A stretch of DNA of 56,021 nt from an uncultured virus (IMG/VR IMGVR_UViG_3300050821_004776) (Duplodnaviria > Heunggongvirae > Uroviricota > Caudoviricetes): the IMG/VR virus record IMGVR_UViG_3300050821_004776; one strand, 5' to 3'. The position numbers were made by a program, and so were the translations under genes. Below the pieces are notes generated by a model that saw only the letters and a list, made by a program, of their open reading frames with translations, was not told where the DNA came from and ran no database searches. Shown here piece after piece: positions 36,560-45,882 of this stretch; the first letter of the stretch is position 1; the number at the start of each line of letters is the position of its first letter.

Positions 36560-37134
36560 TGGCTGACGCCCCGGAGATCAAGAACCTCGTGATCCACGTC
36601 GCGGAGACCGAGCACAAGTACCTTCCCCAGGCAGGGCAGGGCAACCGCTATGACCCGGTCTTCACTCCGTGGATGCCGTACCAGCCGGCGGATTTCATAG
36701 GCATCATCTGGGAGTGCATGCCCGAGATCGAGGGCAACCTGTTCCTGGACGTCGGGTGCGGACCCGGGACCAAGATAGCCATCGCGAAGACCCTGTTCGG
36801 GCTGGAGGCCGCCGGGATAGAGATCGACCCGGACATGGCCCGCGCGGCGCAGGCCGAAGGCGAGATCTGGGAAGGGGACGCGCTCGCCATCAAAGATGCC
36901 CCGGCGCTGTACGCCCATGCCGATATCGTCTGGCTGTACCGGCCGTTCCGCGACGCGAAAAGGGAAGCCGCACTGGAGAGCCTGATCACCTCGAACATGA
37001 AGCGCGGCGCGGTCCTGGCCGGAGGGTCCTGGGAGAACGCGCCGCCGAAGGGCTGGGTCACCATCGTGGACGATGTCAGCTATTCCCCCCTGGGGCAGCG
37101 CGGGCCGTGGCGGGGTGCCTGGCAGAAGCCGTGA
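36556..37134 (+). CDS. Class I SAM methyltransferase
   Basis: FLDVGCGPG, GIEID, GDAL, YRPF. Confidence 0.85.
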   Translation: MMADAPEIKNLVIHVAETEHKYLPQAGQGNRYDPVFTPWMPYQPADFIGIIWECMPEIEGNLFLDVGCGPGTKIAIAKTLFGLEAAGIEIDPDMARAAQAEGEIWEGDALAIKDAPALYAHADIVWLYRPFRDAKREAALESLITSNMKRGAVLAGGSWENAPPKGWVTIVDDVSYSPLGQRGPWRGAWQKP

Positions 37135-37427
37135 GGACGTTCACCGTCCGCTGCTGGAAGCCTCAGTGCGGCGTGCTCCTGAACGTCCAGGCCGGCGCGG
37201 CAGCGGATAAATTCGTGACCGAGGTACTCGACGCGGGCTGGGATGTCATCCTGGGCTCGGGGTACTTCGCCTGCCCCGGTCACCAGGGAGACCCCTGGCA
37301 GCAGATGATCGCCGCGAAGACCGCACAGGATACGCCGCCGAGAGAGAGGCTGTTACATGACATTTCACCCTGGGGGCCACCGGCTCCGGCCGTACTTCCC
37401 GCCCCTGGACCCCCATGGCCCTGTTGA
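37131..37427 (+). CDS. Hypothetical protein
   Basis: GTGA overlap. Confidence 0.6.
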   Translation: MRTFTVRCWKPQCGVLLNVQAGAAADKFVTEVLDAGWDVILGSGYFACPGHQGDPWQQMIAAKTAQDTPPRERLLHDISPWGPPAPAVLPAPGPPWPC

Positions 37428-37502
37428 CGCCGTCGCGCACATGATCTGCCATAACTGCGGGCGCTTGGACCCTGACCCGGGCAGCGACTGCGTCAGCGAA
37501 GA

Positions 37503-38003
37503 GTGATACCGGACATGGGCGGCAGGCCGGCGTGGGATGCGTACTTCCTGGGGATCGCGAAGGCCGTGGCGGCGCGCGGGGACTGTACCCGGCGTCAGGT
37601 CGGGGCGCTCATCACGGACACCGACCACAGGATCATTTCCACGGGCTACAACGGGACGCTCCCGGGACGGAAGGGGTGCCTGGAAGGGGCGTGCCCGCGC
37701 GGACAGCACTACGAGGCGCACGACCGGGCAGGCGATGACGAGCCCGGAAACTGCTTTACGTGCCGCACCGAGTGGCCCTGCGGCAAGGCGGTCGCGCCGG
37801 GTTCGAGCTACGATACCGGTCCTGGGGCCTGCATCGCGCTGCACGCCGAGCAGAACGCCCTCCTGTACGCGTTCCGGTCCGTTGAGGGCATGACGATGTA
37901 CATCACCGAGGACCCCTGCGATGGCTGCGTCAAGCTCATGCGCGGAGCACATCTCCGGGAAACGCGCACCCCTGTTTCCGTGCTCACCTGGGACTTACCC
38001 TGA
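37503..38003 (+). CDS. dCMP deaminase
   Basis: WDAYFL...CTRRQVGA...GYNG...HAEQNAL...PCDGC. Confidence 0.92.
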   Translation: MIPDMGGRPAWDAYFLGIAKAVAARGDCTRRQVGALITDTDHRIISTGYNGTLPGRKGCLEGACPRGQHYEAHDRAGDDEPGNCFTCRTEWPCGKAVAPGSSYDTGPGACIALHAEQNALLYAFRSVEGMTMYITEDPCDGCVKLMRGAHLRETRTPVSVLTWDLP

Positions 38004-38007
38004 AGGC

Positions 38008-38529
38008 ATGACAGGAATATCTGCCCCCGCGACGGGGCTAATCGGGCTGACCCAGATCCACGGTGACGTCGGCGAGCTGATCAGGATCGGGCAGTGGCTG
38101 AACGGCGACGGCTTCAAGCAGTGGGAACACGCGTTCGTATCCCTGGGCGCGGGCCTGATCGTTGAGGCAGAGCCCGGCGGCGCGCGGATCGGGAACGCGG
38201 ACGAGTACTCCGCTATCCACTGGTGCTACGGCATCGCGAAGCTGGCTACCCCGGATCAGCTCCAGGCGGTCGCGGACGCGGCGAGGAAATACGCAGGTGT
38301 CCCCTACAGCTTCCTGGACTACGCGGAGCTGGCCGCCCACCGGCTGCACATCCCCGTGCCCGGCCTGAAGACCTTCATCGGGGACAGCAAGCACCTGATC
38401 TGCTCTCAGCTCTGCGACCAGGCCGAACAGGACGCGGGCATCCACCTCTTCAAGGACGGGCGCTGGCCGGGGTTCGTGACTCCCGCCGATCTGTTCAACC
38501 TGGACGTGACGCTCACGCCGGGGGAGTAG
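38008..38529 (+). CDS. Permuted papain-like NlpC/P60 (YiiX-type) enzyme
   Basis: WEHAFV...VEA...GVPYS...LICSQLCD...TPADL. Confidence 0.8.
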   Translation: MTGISAPATGLIGLTQIHGDVGELIRIGQWLNGDGFKQWEHAFVSLGAGLIVEAEPGGARIGNADEYSAIHWCYGIAKLATPDQLQAVADAARKYAGVPYSFLDYAELAAHRLHIPVPGLKTFIGDSKHLICSQLCDQAEQDAGIHLFKDGRWPGFVTPADLFNLDVTLTPGE

Positions 38530-38531
38530 CG

Positions 38532-38741
38532 ATGCTGCCTGCGGTTACCGAGAAGGAACGCCGCGAAATGTGGCTGAACTTCCTGCATCACTGCGAGCTG
38601 GGTTCCGTTGTCCTGGCCGCCGACCTGACGATATGGCAGAAGCGCGGGAAGTACATGTGGCAGACAGTGGGCAGGCCCGGGGAGTATAGCGCCGAGTCCA
38701 TCGCGTCGCCAGTACGCCTGCTGCTGGAGGGGGCCGGCTAA
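38532..38741 (+). CDS. Hypothetical protein
   Basis: GGAG RBS. Confidence 0.65.
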   Translation: MLPAVTEKERREMWLNFLHHCELGSVVLAADLTIWQKRGKYMWQTVGRPGEYSAESIASPVRLLLEGAG

Positions 38742-38750
38742 GGTACCGGT

Positions 38751-38963
38751 ATGCGCGAGTTCACGCACGACGAGGAGAGCACCGACCTCACCGAAGCCGA
38801 GTGCACGGCGTTCGCCGGCCTCGTCACGTTCTCGTGCCATTACAGCCAGCAGCACAAGCTCTCCCGGTGGCTGGCGTGCTGCCGTCATGAGCAGCCCGTA
38901 TCGGTTTGCGATTTCGCCCAGCGCGAGGCCAGGAAACTGTGGCGCACGGAGGCTAGGCTGTAG
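38751..38963 (+). CDS. Hypothetical protein
   Basis: TAAGGT-N6-ATG. Confidence 0.65.
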   Translation: MREFTHDEESTDLTEAECTAFAGLVTFSCHYSQQHKLSRWLACCRHEQPVSVCDFAQREARKLWRTEARL

Positions 38964-39038
38964 TCAGGACGACCCTGGAGGTGGTGACGTATGAACGAGT
39001 GCGTAGCTGCGGCCGGGGAGGTGATCCGGATCTAGGCC

Positions 39039-39075
39039 AAGGCCCGTCGTCAGCGTCTCGCTGGCAGCGGGCCTT
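39039..39075 (+). terminator. Hairpin, probable terminator
   Basis: AAGGCCCG...CGGGCCTT followed by a pyrimidine run. Confidence 0.5.
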
Positions 39076-39137
39076 CGTCTTCCCTGTCCGGACGATGTAA
39101 GGCAGACTGGATGACGGATATCCATTAGGAGGACCCC

Positions 39138-39383
39138 GTGTCGCTAGTCGTAAGCTGCAACCACTGCCACGCGGTCGGTGTCACGGACGACTACTCGTTC
39201 CCCGACGCCGCAGTGACCTGCGCCAGCCCGGCAGACGACCCGCCCGGCAGCGTGGAAGGCTCCTGCTCAACCGCCGGCCACACCCACGAAGAGCACCTCG
39301 CGCACGTCCGGGCGACCGGTGACGCGTCCAATCGTCCCCTGACCATAACCGTCACGGGCACCACTGTTACCCCGGCAGGCTGA
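39138..39383 (+). CDS. Small Cys/His protein
   Basis: AGGAGG RBS. Confidence 0.75.
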   Translation: MSLVVSCNHCHAVGVTDDYSFPDAAVTCASPADDPPGSVEGSCSTAGHTHEEHLAHVRATGDASNRPLTITVTGTTVTPAG

Positions 39384-39384
39384 C

Positions 39385-39813
39385 ATGGCATCTATGACCG
39401 ACCAGACCCGGGTCACCGCTATCCTGAACGTGCTGAACAGCGCGTCGGGTACCCCTTCTCTGGGTACGTTTACCGCGCCCTCCAAGCTCAGGCTCATGGG
39501 CACCATGGGCTCGAATACCTCCAACGGCACCGAGCTGTCCATGACCGGTTACACCGCCGGCGGCTCAGCCTGCATCTTCACTGCGGCTTCAGCAGGGAGT
39601 GCTTCCGGCCCGTCCTCCGGTAACGGCGCGATCTCCTGGACGAACTCCAGCGGCAGCAACGCCACTATCGCGGGCGTCGAGATCTGGGACTCCGCCGGCA
39701 CGCCGCTGCGGTGGTTCCAGGGGGCATGGAGCGGCGGCACGATCACGCTGAACAACGGCAACACCCTGACCGTCGCCGTCAACGGCATCACGCTCAACGC
39801 GACGGCCTGGTGA
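39385..39813 (+). CDS. Virion structural or fibre-associated protein
   Basis: Gly/Ser/Thr-rich; GTE...GY...EIWDSAG...NGNTL. Confidence 0.7.
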   Translation: MASMTDQTRVTAILNVLNSASGTPSLGTFTAPSKLRLMGTMGSNTSNGTELSMTGYTAGGSACIFTAASAGSASGPSSGNGAISWTNSSGSNATIAGVEIWDSAGTPLRWFQGAWSGGTITLNNGNTLTVAVNGITLNATAW

Positions 39814-40082
39814 GCGGCGTGAGCACCCTCACGACCGCGAACGTCATCCCGGTTTTCCAGGCGGGACAGGCAGACCTGGTGGCACTGTTCGCCCTCCGGC
39901 ACGTCACGACGGGCGACACGATCGACCTGGCGACGATCACCAGCTTCCAGAACATCAAGCAGGCTGTCGTCATGGGCGTCTCGGCCTTCGTGGAAATCGC
40001 AGCGACATTCACCGGGACCACGGTCACGATGCCTGGCGGCCTGTCTGGCGATAGCGCCTATCTCCTGGCATGGGGGTGCTAA
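39810..40082 (+). CDS. Probable virion protein
   Basis: GTGA overlap; beta-rich. Confidence 0.65.
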   Translation: MSGVSTLTTANVIPVFQAGQADLVALFALRHVTTGDTIDLATITSFQNIKQAVVMGVSAFVEIAATFTGTTVTMPGGLSGDSAYLLAWGC

Positions 40083-40709
40083 GTGGCTAACCAGCAATGG
40101 GTATCGCTGATCAACGGGGCAAGCACCCGCGCCACAGGTCCCGGCACAACCCTCAGCGCTTCCGCGACCACCGCGACAATCAGTCCCACTCAGGCAGGTG
40201 CCCTGACCGCTGACGTCGCCGTCGTCAACCCGGACGGTTATCCTGGCGGCTGGTACCCGGGCATGCTGATCCGGGTCACGGCCCGGGGATTCGTCAATAC
40301 GGGTGGTACCACCTCAAACCTGAGCTGGCTTCTCACTGCGAACGTGGGCAATACAGGCGGCACCTACAAGACTCTCGCGACGACTACGACCCTGGCTCTC
40401 GGTACAGGCTCGCTGACGGGGCTCCAATGGGAACTGGACGCGCTGATCCGCTGCTCGGCTATCAGCCAGACGGCGGGCACGCTGCTTACCCAGGGGGCCG
40501 TGAAGATGACGAACGCCGTGCCCAGCTCCCCCTCGCTGGCAACTCCGACTGTCAACGGCCTTATCCTGCCCATGCCGAACATCTCCGGTGAAACATCGAT
40601 AGCGTCGGTGGACACATCGCAGGTCAGCGGTATCGGCTTGCGGGCTACGCTGTCGGCCGCGTTCGGGGCAGTGGCGTGCACGCAGTGGCTGGTGGAGGCC
40701 CTGGACTAA
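40083..40709 (+). CDS. Probable virion protein, Thr-rich
   Basis: ORF track; context. Confidence 0.75.
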   Translation: MANQQWVSLINGASTRATGPGTTLSASATTATISPTQAGALTADVAVVNPDGYPGGWYPGMLIRVTARGFVNTGGTTSNLSWLLTANVGNTGGTYKTLATTTTLALGTGSLTGLQWELDALIRCSAISQTAGTLLTQGAVKMTNAVPSSPSLATPTVNGLILPMPNISGETSIASVDTSQVSGIGLRATLSAAFGAVACTQWLVEALD

Positions 40710-40744
40710 CGGGAGGGACCTGACCTGACGGCGGGAGGTGACCG

Positions 40745-43405
40745 ATGGCCGTCGCCTTCGATGCTGTAGGGCCATCCAGCTCTGGCGCTGGCAACACTGG
40801 CGCTACCACCCTGTCCTGGACGCATACCGCTGTCGCTAGCGGCGTCACTCTTGTCGTCGGCGTGTCGGTAGGAAAATCTCCGGACACGGGTCTCTCCGTT
40901 GCCGTGACATGCGACGGTAACACGATGACCGCGCTGACCGGCGCTATTCATGCGGCCGGCACCACGACGGGATTTATTGCTGTATTCGGGCTGCCCAATC
41001 AGGCATCCGGCGGCCATTCGATCGTAGCTACTGTTTCAGGCGGCACCCCTACTTCGATCAGCGGCGGTTCAGCGTCCTTTTCCGGCGCGGATACCTCTTC
41101 GCCTTTTGGCACGCCAGTCACGGCTACCGGTAACGGGACATCAGCAAGCGCCACCATTACTGCCTCATCGAGCACCAGCCAGATCGTGGCGGTGGTCGGT
41201 GACGGCTCCGGCTCTGCTACCGGATGGGGTGCGACCGCTACTCGCGAATGGGCGAATAATGTCTCCTCCGGTTCCGGCTGCGGTAACAATGAAGGCGCGG
41301 TTGTAGCGGCCACAGGCAGCTCGCAAACGCTCACGGACACCATCGGGTCTGACAACTGGGCTATCGCCCTGACAGAGATTAAGGCACCGAGCGGGGGACC
41401 GGCACCAGCGCCTATCGTGCCGCCCCCGGTAACCCCGCCCGGACGGTGGTCCCCGATGGCGGCCCGGCGGTTCCGCATGCCGCCGCCCCTGCCCGCGCTC
41501 GCGCCGCCGTTCAGCATCACCTCCACGTTCGGGACCGCTACAGACGGCGGCCTGCTGCGCGTTATCGCCCTTACCGGCGCGACTGAGGCCGGCGGCGCGA
41601 TTGCCGGGTCTAACGCCACCAGCGGCGCGGCCAGCTCCACTATCACCCCGAACGGCACTAACTCCTACGTCGTCTACGTCAACGACTACGACAACACCGG
41701 TACCACCGCGACCTTCCTGGCCAATACGACAGCGATCGACAACCTGGCGGTCGGCGCGGTCGGGGAGTACACCGGATTCTTCAACGGGACTGTTACTTCA
41801 GGTGTCACCACGGCGGCCATTGGCGTTTCCGCGCCGACCGGAACCAACGCGTGGTCCCTGTACGAGGTCCTGGCCAGCGGCGGTTCCACGCCTGTCCAGG
41901 ATGCCGTGCACCAGCCTGCCTCAGGCGCGAGCGCCTCCAGCGGCACCTCCCTCACGGTGACTACCCGGCCGGGGTCGTTCGCGCCCGGTACCGTCCTGGT
42001 GGCGATGATCGTCTGGGATCAGGGCAGCGGCACCCCTGCTACCCCGGCGATCACCGACACCTCGGGCCTCGGCCTGACCTGGACCTTGCAGAATCACCAG
42101 TCCCGGTCCCAGACCAGCTCCTGGATCTACACCGCCACGATCCCCGGCGGCAGCTCGGTTATCCCCGGCGCGGCCAGCCTGTCCGGTTCCGGGACGCTCA
42201 GCGATTCCGGCGAGACGATCACCGCCCCGGCCAGCCTGTCCGGCTCCGGGACGCTCAGCGCAATAGCGACGATCACGGCCCCGGCCAGCCTGTCCGGATC
42301 GGGAACTCTCAGCACCGTCGTAAAGATCACCGCCCCTGCAAGCCTGTCCGGTTCCGGGACGCTCAGCGATTCCGCCGGCGTCCCCGGTGCGGCATCACTG
42401 TCCGGCTCCGGCACGCTCAGCGCGGTAGCGACGATCACCGCCCCTGCGGCCCTGTCCGGATCGGGAACTCTCAGCGCGGTAGCGACGATCACCGCCGTAG
42501 TCAGCCTGTCCGGATCGGGAACTCTCAGTACCGCCGCGAAGATCACCGCCCCGGCCAGCCTGTCCGGTTCGGGCACGATGGCTACGGCGGTCACGGTTAC
42601 CGCCCCTGCGGCCCTGTCCGGCTCCGGTACGATGACCACGGCGGTCACAGTTACCGCCCCTGCGGCCCTGCTGGGCTCGGGCACGCTGAGTACTCACGTA
42701 ACAGTCACCGCCCCTGCGAGCCTGTCCGGGTCGGGGACTCTCAGCGCGGTAGCGACGATCACCGCTGCGGCCAGCCTGTCCGGCTCGGGCGCGATAACGG
42801 CTGTAGGTGCCTCGTCAGGTCTCCGGCCGCCCGAGAACCTGGGCGCGACCTGCATCCCGGTCACCATCGACGGCGCGGCGACGGTCCCCGACTACGGCGG
42901 CACGGCCGGCACTGTGGCGAACACCTACGGCGGCGGCGTTACCGCAGTAGACGCGGGCGACGCTGTGTGTACTCCCGTAACGATCGACGCCACCGCTACT
43001 ACCCTGGCCAATACCTACGGCGGTACCCTGACACTAGCTAACTACGGTGCCGCGCTGATTGGATGGACGATGCAAACGGCTGCACTCACGCTCGCGGAAA
43101 ACAACGACGAGACGGTCAGCGTTGCCATCACCCAAAACGGCAGCCCCCTGAACCTGACCGGCGCGACCGTTAACATGTACCTCAAGACGGCGGCCGGAAC
43201 CGCTGACGGAAGTGCCCTGCTGCTCTCCTCGGCGGGCGGCTCCCCGGCGATCACGATTACCAGCCCGACCGGCGGACTGTGCTCGGTGGCAATCCCGCGC
43301 GCTGACCTGTACCCGGAGACCTACACGTTCTACAGGATCGACGTCGTATTCAGCGGATTGCAGAACACCGTGGTCTACGGCGCGATTACCTGGATTACTC
43401 TCTGA
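40745..43405 (+). CDS. Ser/Thr/Gly-rich fibre protein with 12 SGSGTLS repeats and BppU-like C-terminus
   Basis: Repeat block; C-terminal NGSPLNLTGATV...YRIDV...GAI. Confidence 0.8.
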   Translation: MAVAFDAVGPSSSGAGNTGATTLSWTHTAVASGVTLVVGVSVGKSPDTGLSVAVTCDGNTMTALTGAIHAAGTTTGFIAVFGLPNQASGGHSIVATVSGGTPTSISGGSASFSGADTSSPFGTPVTATGNGTSASATITASSSTSQIVAVVGDGSGSATGWGATATREWANNVSSGSGCGNNEGAVVAATGSSQTLTDTIGSDNWAIALTEIKAPSGGPAPAPIVPPPVTPPGRWSPMAARRFRMPPPLPALAPPFSITSTFGTATDGGLLRVIALTGATEAGGAIAGSNATSGAASSTITPNGTNSYVVYVNDYDNTGTTATFLANTTAIDNLAVGAVGEYTGFFNGTVTSGVTTAAIGVSAPTGTNAWSLYEVLASGGSTPVQDAVHQPASGASASSGTSLTVTTRPGSFAPGTVLVAMIVWDQGSGTPATPAITDTSGLGLTWTLQNHQSRSQTSSWIYTATIPGGSSVIPGAASLSGSGTLSDSGETITAPASLSGSGTLSAIATITAPASLSGSGTLSTVVKITAPASLSGSGTLSDSAGVPGAASLSGSGTLSAVATITAPAALSGSGTLSAVATITAVVSLSGSGTLSTAAKITAPASLSGSGTMATAVTVTAPAALSGSGTMTTAVTVTAPAALLGSGTLSTHVTVTAPASLSGSGTLSAVATITAAASLSGSGAITAVGASSGLRPPENLGATCIPVTIDGAATVPDYGGTAGTVANTYGGGVTAVDAGDAVCTPVTIDATATTLANTYGGTLTLANYGAALIGWTMQTAALTLAENNDETVSVAITQNGSPLNLTGATVNMYLKTAAGTADGSALLLSSAGGSPAITITSPTGGLCSVAIPRADLYPETYTFYRIDVVFSGLQNTVVYGAITWITL
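42164..42810 (+). repeat. 12 x ~54-bp coding repeat (TAPASLSGSGTLS)
   Basis: Counted in the translation. Confidence 0.9.
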
Positions 43406-43415
43406 GGGGGCTGGC

Positions 43416-44453
43416 ATGGGCGCGCAAGTTCTCTACGACAGTGCTACCGAAGCGACTGCCGTTACCCCGGTAGATTTCCTGAACGCCAGCGGCGTGACCA
43501 CGGACCCGGTGACCATCACCTGCGTGGTCACCGACCCTACGGGCGTCATCACGAACTACAACTACGGCGGATCACCGCCCAATAACATCATCACGCGGAC
43601 TTCGGCGGGCAATTACTCGCTGACGGTCACCGGGATCACTGTTCCCGGCCTGTACATGTTCGTCTGGGTGGGCAGCGGCAACGGAGTCCAGCAGATCACG
43701 CCCGGCACCTTCCGGCTTATCCCGCTGACCGACGTCGGCTACGGGATGCAGTACTGGTACACGGGAATGGAAGAGCTGAAGTCGCGCCTGGGGCTGCTGC
43801 CGGGGGATAAGAATTACAACTCCTTCAACTACGAGATGCAGCTCGCCATCCACTGTGTAGCCAACTGGATAAATGGCTACGCCGGCCGTCACTTCTATCA
43901 GCTCCAGGAAGCCCGGACATATTTCCCGGAGTCGATCGAGGAGACGGGCATTGATGACCTCGCGCCGTCCATGGCCGCGAACACCCTCGTCAACCTGGAC
44001 TACGACGGCGACGGCATTTTCGAGACCGCCTGGGGCAAGCCTGCTTCTCCGCTCGGCACAGGGACGTTCTACCAGCTCAAGACCGGCCGGCCGTCCAACC
44101 CTGCGGATAACTGGAACCCGAACGCCCGGGGCGGCGTCGCGTGGCCCTACAACCAGCTTCAGGCCATCCTGTACCCCGGCACGGCGGCTCCCGGCGGCCA
44201 GTGGCTCCCGTTCGTGTGGCCCTACAGCCACCTCAACCGCGTCCAGGTCATCGGCACCTGGGGCTGGGACTACATCCCGCCGGAGGTCCAGCAGGCATCG
44301 CTTATGCTGTGCACGGACATCTACAAGTCGAGGGAAGCTCCGTGGGGACTGGCAGGCACTGCCGAAACCGGCCTGGTTCGCATTCAGTCCAACCCGTGGG
44401 TAGTTGAACTTCTGCGCAGGTATGTCAATCCGAAGCGCAAGTGGGGTTGTTAG
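43416..44453 (+). CDS. Head-tail adaptor with N-terminal Ig-like domain
   Basis: [12 protein letters not shown]...[10 protein letters not shown]...[16 protein letters not shown]...VELLRRY. Confidence 0.85.
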   Translation: MGAQVLYDSATEATAVTPVDFLNASGVTTDPVTITCVVTDPTGVITNYNYGGSPPNNIITRTSAGNYSLTVTGITVPGLYMFVWVGSGNGVQQITPGTFRLIPLTDVGYGMQYWYTGMEELKSRLGLLPGDKNYNSFNYEMQLAIHCVANWINGYAGRHFYQLQEARTYFPESIEETGIDDLAPSMAANTLVNLDYDGDGIFETAWGKPASPLGTGTFYQLKTGRPSNPADNWNPNARGGVAWPYNQLQAILYPGTAAPGGQWLPFVWPYSHLNRVQVIGTWGWDYIPPEVQQASLMLCTDIYKSREAPWGLAGTAETGLVRIQSNPWVVELLRRYVNPKRKWGC

Positions 44454-44481
44454 CTCCAAGAAGTTCGTGTACTCTGTAGCG

Positions 44482-45171
44482 ATGCCCGTCACTTCCGGAA
44501 TCTGCAAGCTCCCCGAATGCGGTCGTCCACGCCGTGCTCTTGATCTGTGTAACGCACACTATCTTCGCTACAAAGCGGGTAAGCCCCTGGATACACCATT
44601 GCGCCCATATGCTCCCGGGCGTATGTGCTCAGTACAAGATTGTGAGAAGCCTGCGGTAGCTAAACGGCTCTGCACCGGCCACTATCAGCGTCTGATCCAG
44701 AATAAGCCAATTGATACGCTATTGCTGGAACCTGTAGAGCATGAAGCATTTTGTTCTGTAGAAAGCTGCAATAAGCCTTATGATTCGCACGGCTTGTGCG
44801 CTAGCCATGCCCGGCAAAAACGCTTGGGGAAGTCCCTAACCCCTTTGCATAAGCATAATCGCACAGCCAAACGGGGCGAAGGGCATCTAGACAAGAACGG
44901 GTACCGCAGAGTTTACGCTAACGGGAAACTCGTCGGACAGCATCGCCTGGTTATGGAACAGATAATCGGCCGGAAGCTGTACAAATTCGAGAACGTGCAT
45001 CACAAGAACGGTATCCGTGATGATAACCGGCCAGAGAACCTGGAGCTGTGGGTAAAGGCTCAGCCATCCGGACAGCGGCCGGAAGACCTCGCGTCGTTCG
45101 TTACTGCGTACTATCCTGAGTACGTACAAGCAGCGCTAGCGAAGGTGACACGATGCCTGAAGGCCCGATGA
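44482..45171 (+). CDS. Free-standing HNH homing endonuclease
   Basis: Three C.x4.C...LC..H repeats; HRLVME...[19 protein letters not shown]; lower GC. Confidence 0.9.
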   Translation: MPVTSGICKLPECGRPRRALDLCNAHYLRYKAGKPLDTPLRPYAPGRMCSVQDCEKPAVAKRLCTGHYQRLIQNKPIDTLLLEPVEHEAFCSVESCNKPYDSHGLCASHARQKRLGKSLTPLHKHNRTAKRGEGHLDKNGYRRVYANGKLVGQHRLVMEQIIGRKLYKFENVHHKNGIRDDNRPENLELWVKAQPSGQRPEDLASFVTAYYPEYVQAALAKVTRCLKAR

Positions 45172-45380
45172 ACATCAATGTGGAACCGAAGGCTGTGGAG
45201 GTGGAAGTCGAGACCACCAACGTGGCTGAGGACAACGTCGCCAAGCAGCAGACGGGGCTGACTGACCTGGGCAAGGACACTGAGGCGGTTCCCGCCGGCC
45301 AGGGGGTGCACTTCCCGCAGCACACGCCGAGGCTCCTGCCGGGCGGCCAGGCCACGCTCAAGGCCCTTCGCGGACAGTAG
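45153..45380 (+). CDS. Hypothetical protein
   Basis: AAGGTG RBS. Confidence 0.7.
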   Translation: MPEGPMNINVEPKAVEVEVETTNVAEDNVAKQQTGLTDLGKDTEAVPAGQGVHFPQHTPRLLPGGQATLKALRGQ

Positions 45381-45383
45381 GGT

Positions 45384-45653
45384 GTGATGTGGGTTCACGC
45401 TATCGCTCACTGGCTCGTCGCTAACAACTTCTGGGTGTCGGTCCTGGCCTGGTGCGTATTCGGCAGTCTTACGGCGATCGCCGCGTGGCGGCCCCTGAAG
45501 CGTCACCAGAAGACCCAGGCGAAAATCGCCAACGACCTGGACACTAAGACCCCTGGCGGTCTTACCGATGTCCTCAACGCGGTGAACAAGCTCCGGAATG
45601 AGTGGCCGGATTACGGCGATGAAATGAGGGAGCGCCATGAAACTGACCGTTGA
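45384..45653 (+). CDS. Membrane protein
   Basis: N-terminal TM; TPGGL. Confidence 0.7.
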   Translation: MMWVHAIAHWLVANNFWVSVLAWCVFGSLTAIAAWRPLKRHQKTQAKIANDLDTKTPGGLTDVLNAVNKLRNEWPDYGDEMRERHETDR

Positions 45654-45882
45654 GGTTTTCGGCAGGGTACTGTGCCTCCAGTTCGACACGGAGAAGGCTG
45701 ACCGGGAACCTCCCGCGCAGGAATTCGAGTACGCTCCGGTTGACCCGCACAGCGTGAACGGCGGCCATGCGGAGCACGCTGAGCAGGGCAGCCTGGAAGT
45801 CCAGCACCTCAGCGGGGCCGGCGTATACAGCACACCGGAAGACCGGCGCAAGTTCGGGTTCGGTCATGGCCGCCAAGACTAA
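45637..45882 (+). CDS. Hypothetical protein
   Basis: GGGAG RBS. Confidence 0.7.
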   Translation: MKLTVEVFGRVLCLQFDTEKADREPPAQEFEYAPVDPHSVNGGHAEHAEQGSLEVQHLSGAGVYSTPEDRRKFGFGHGRQD

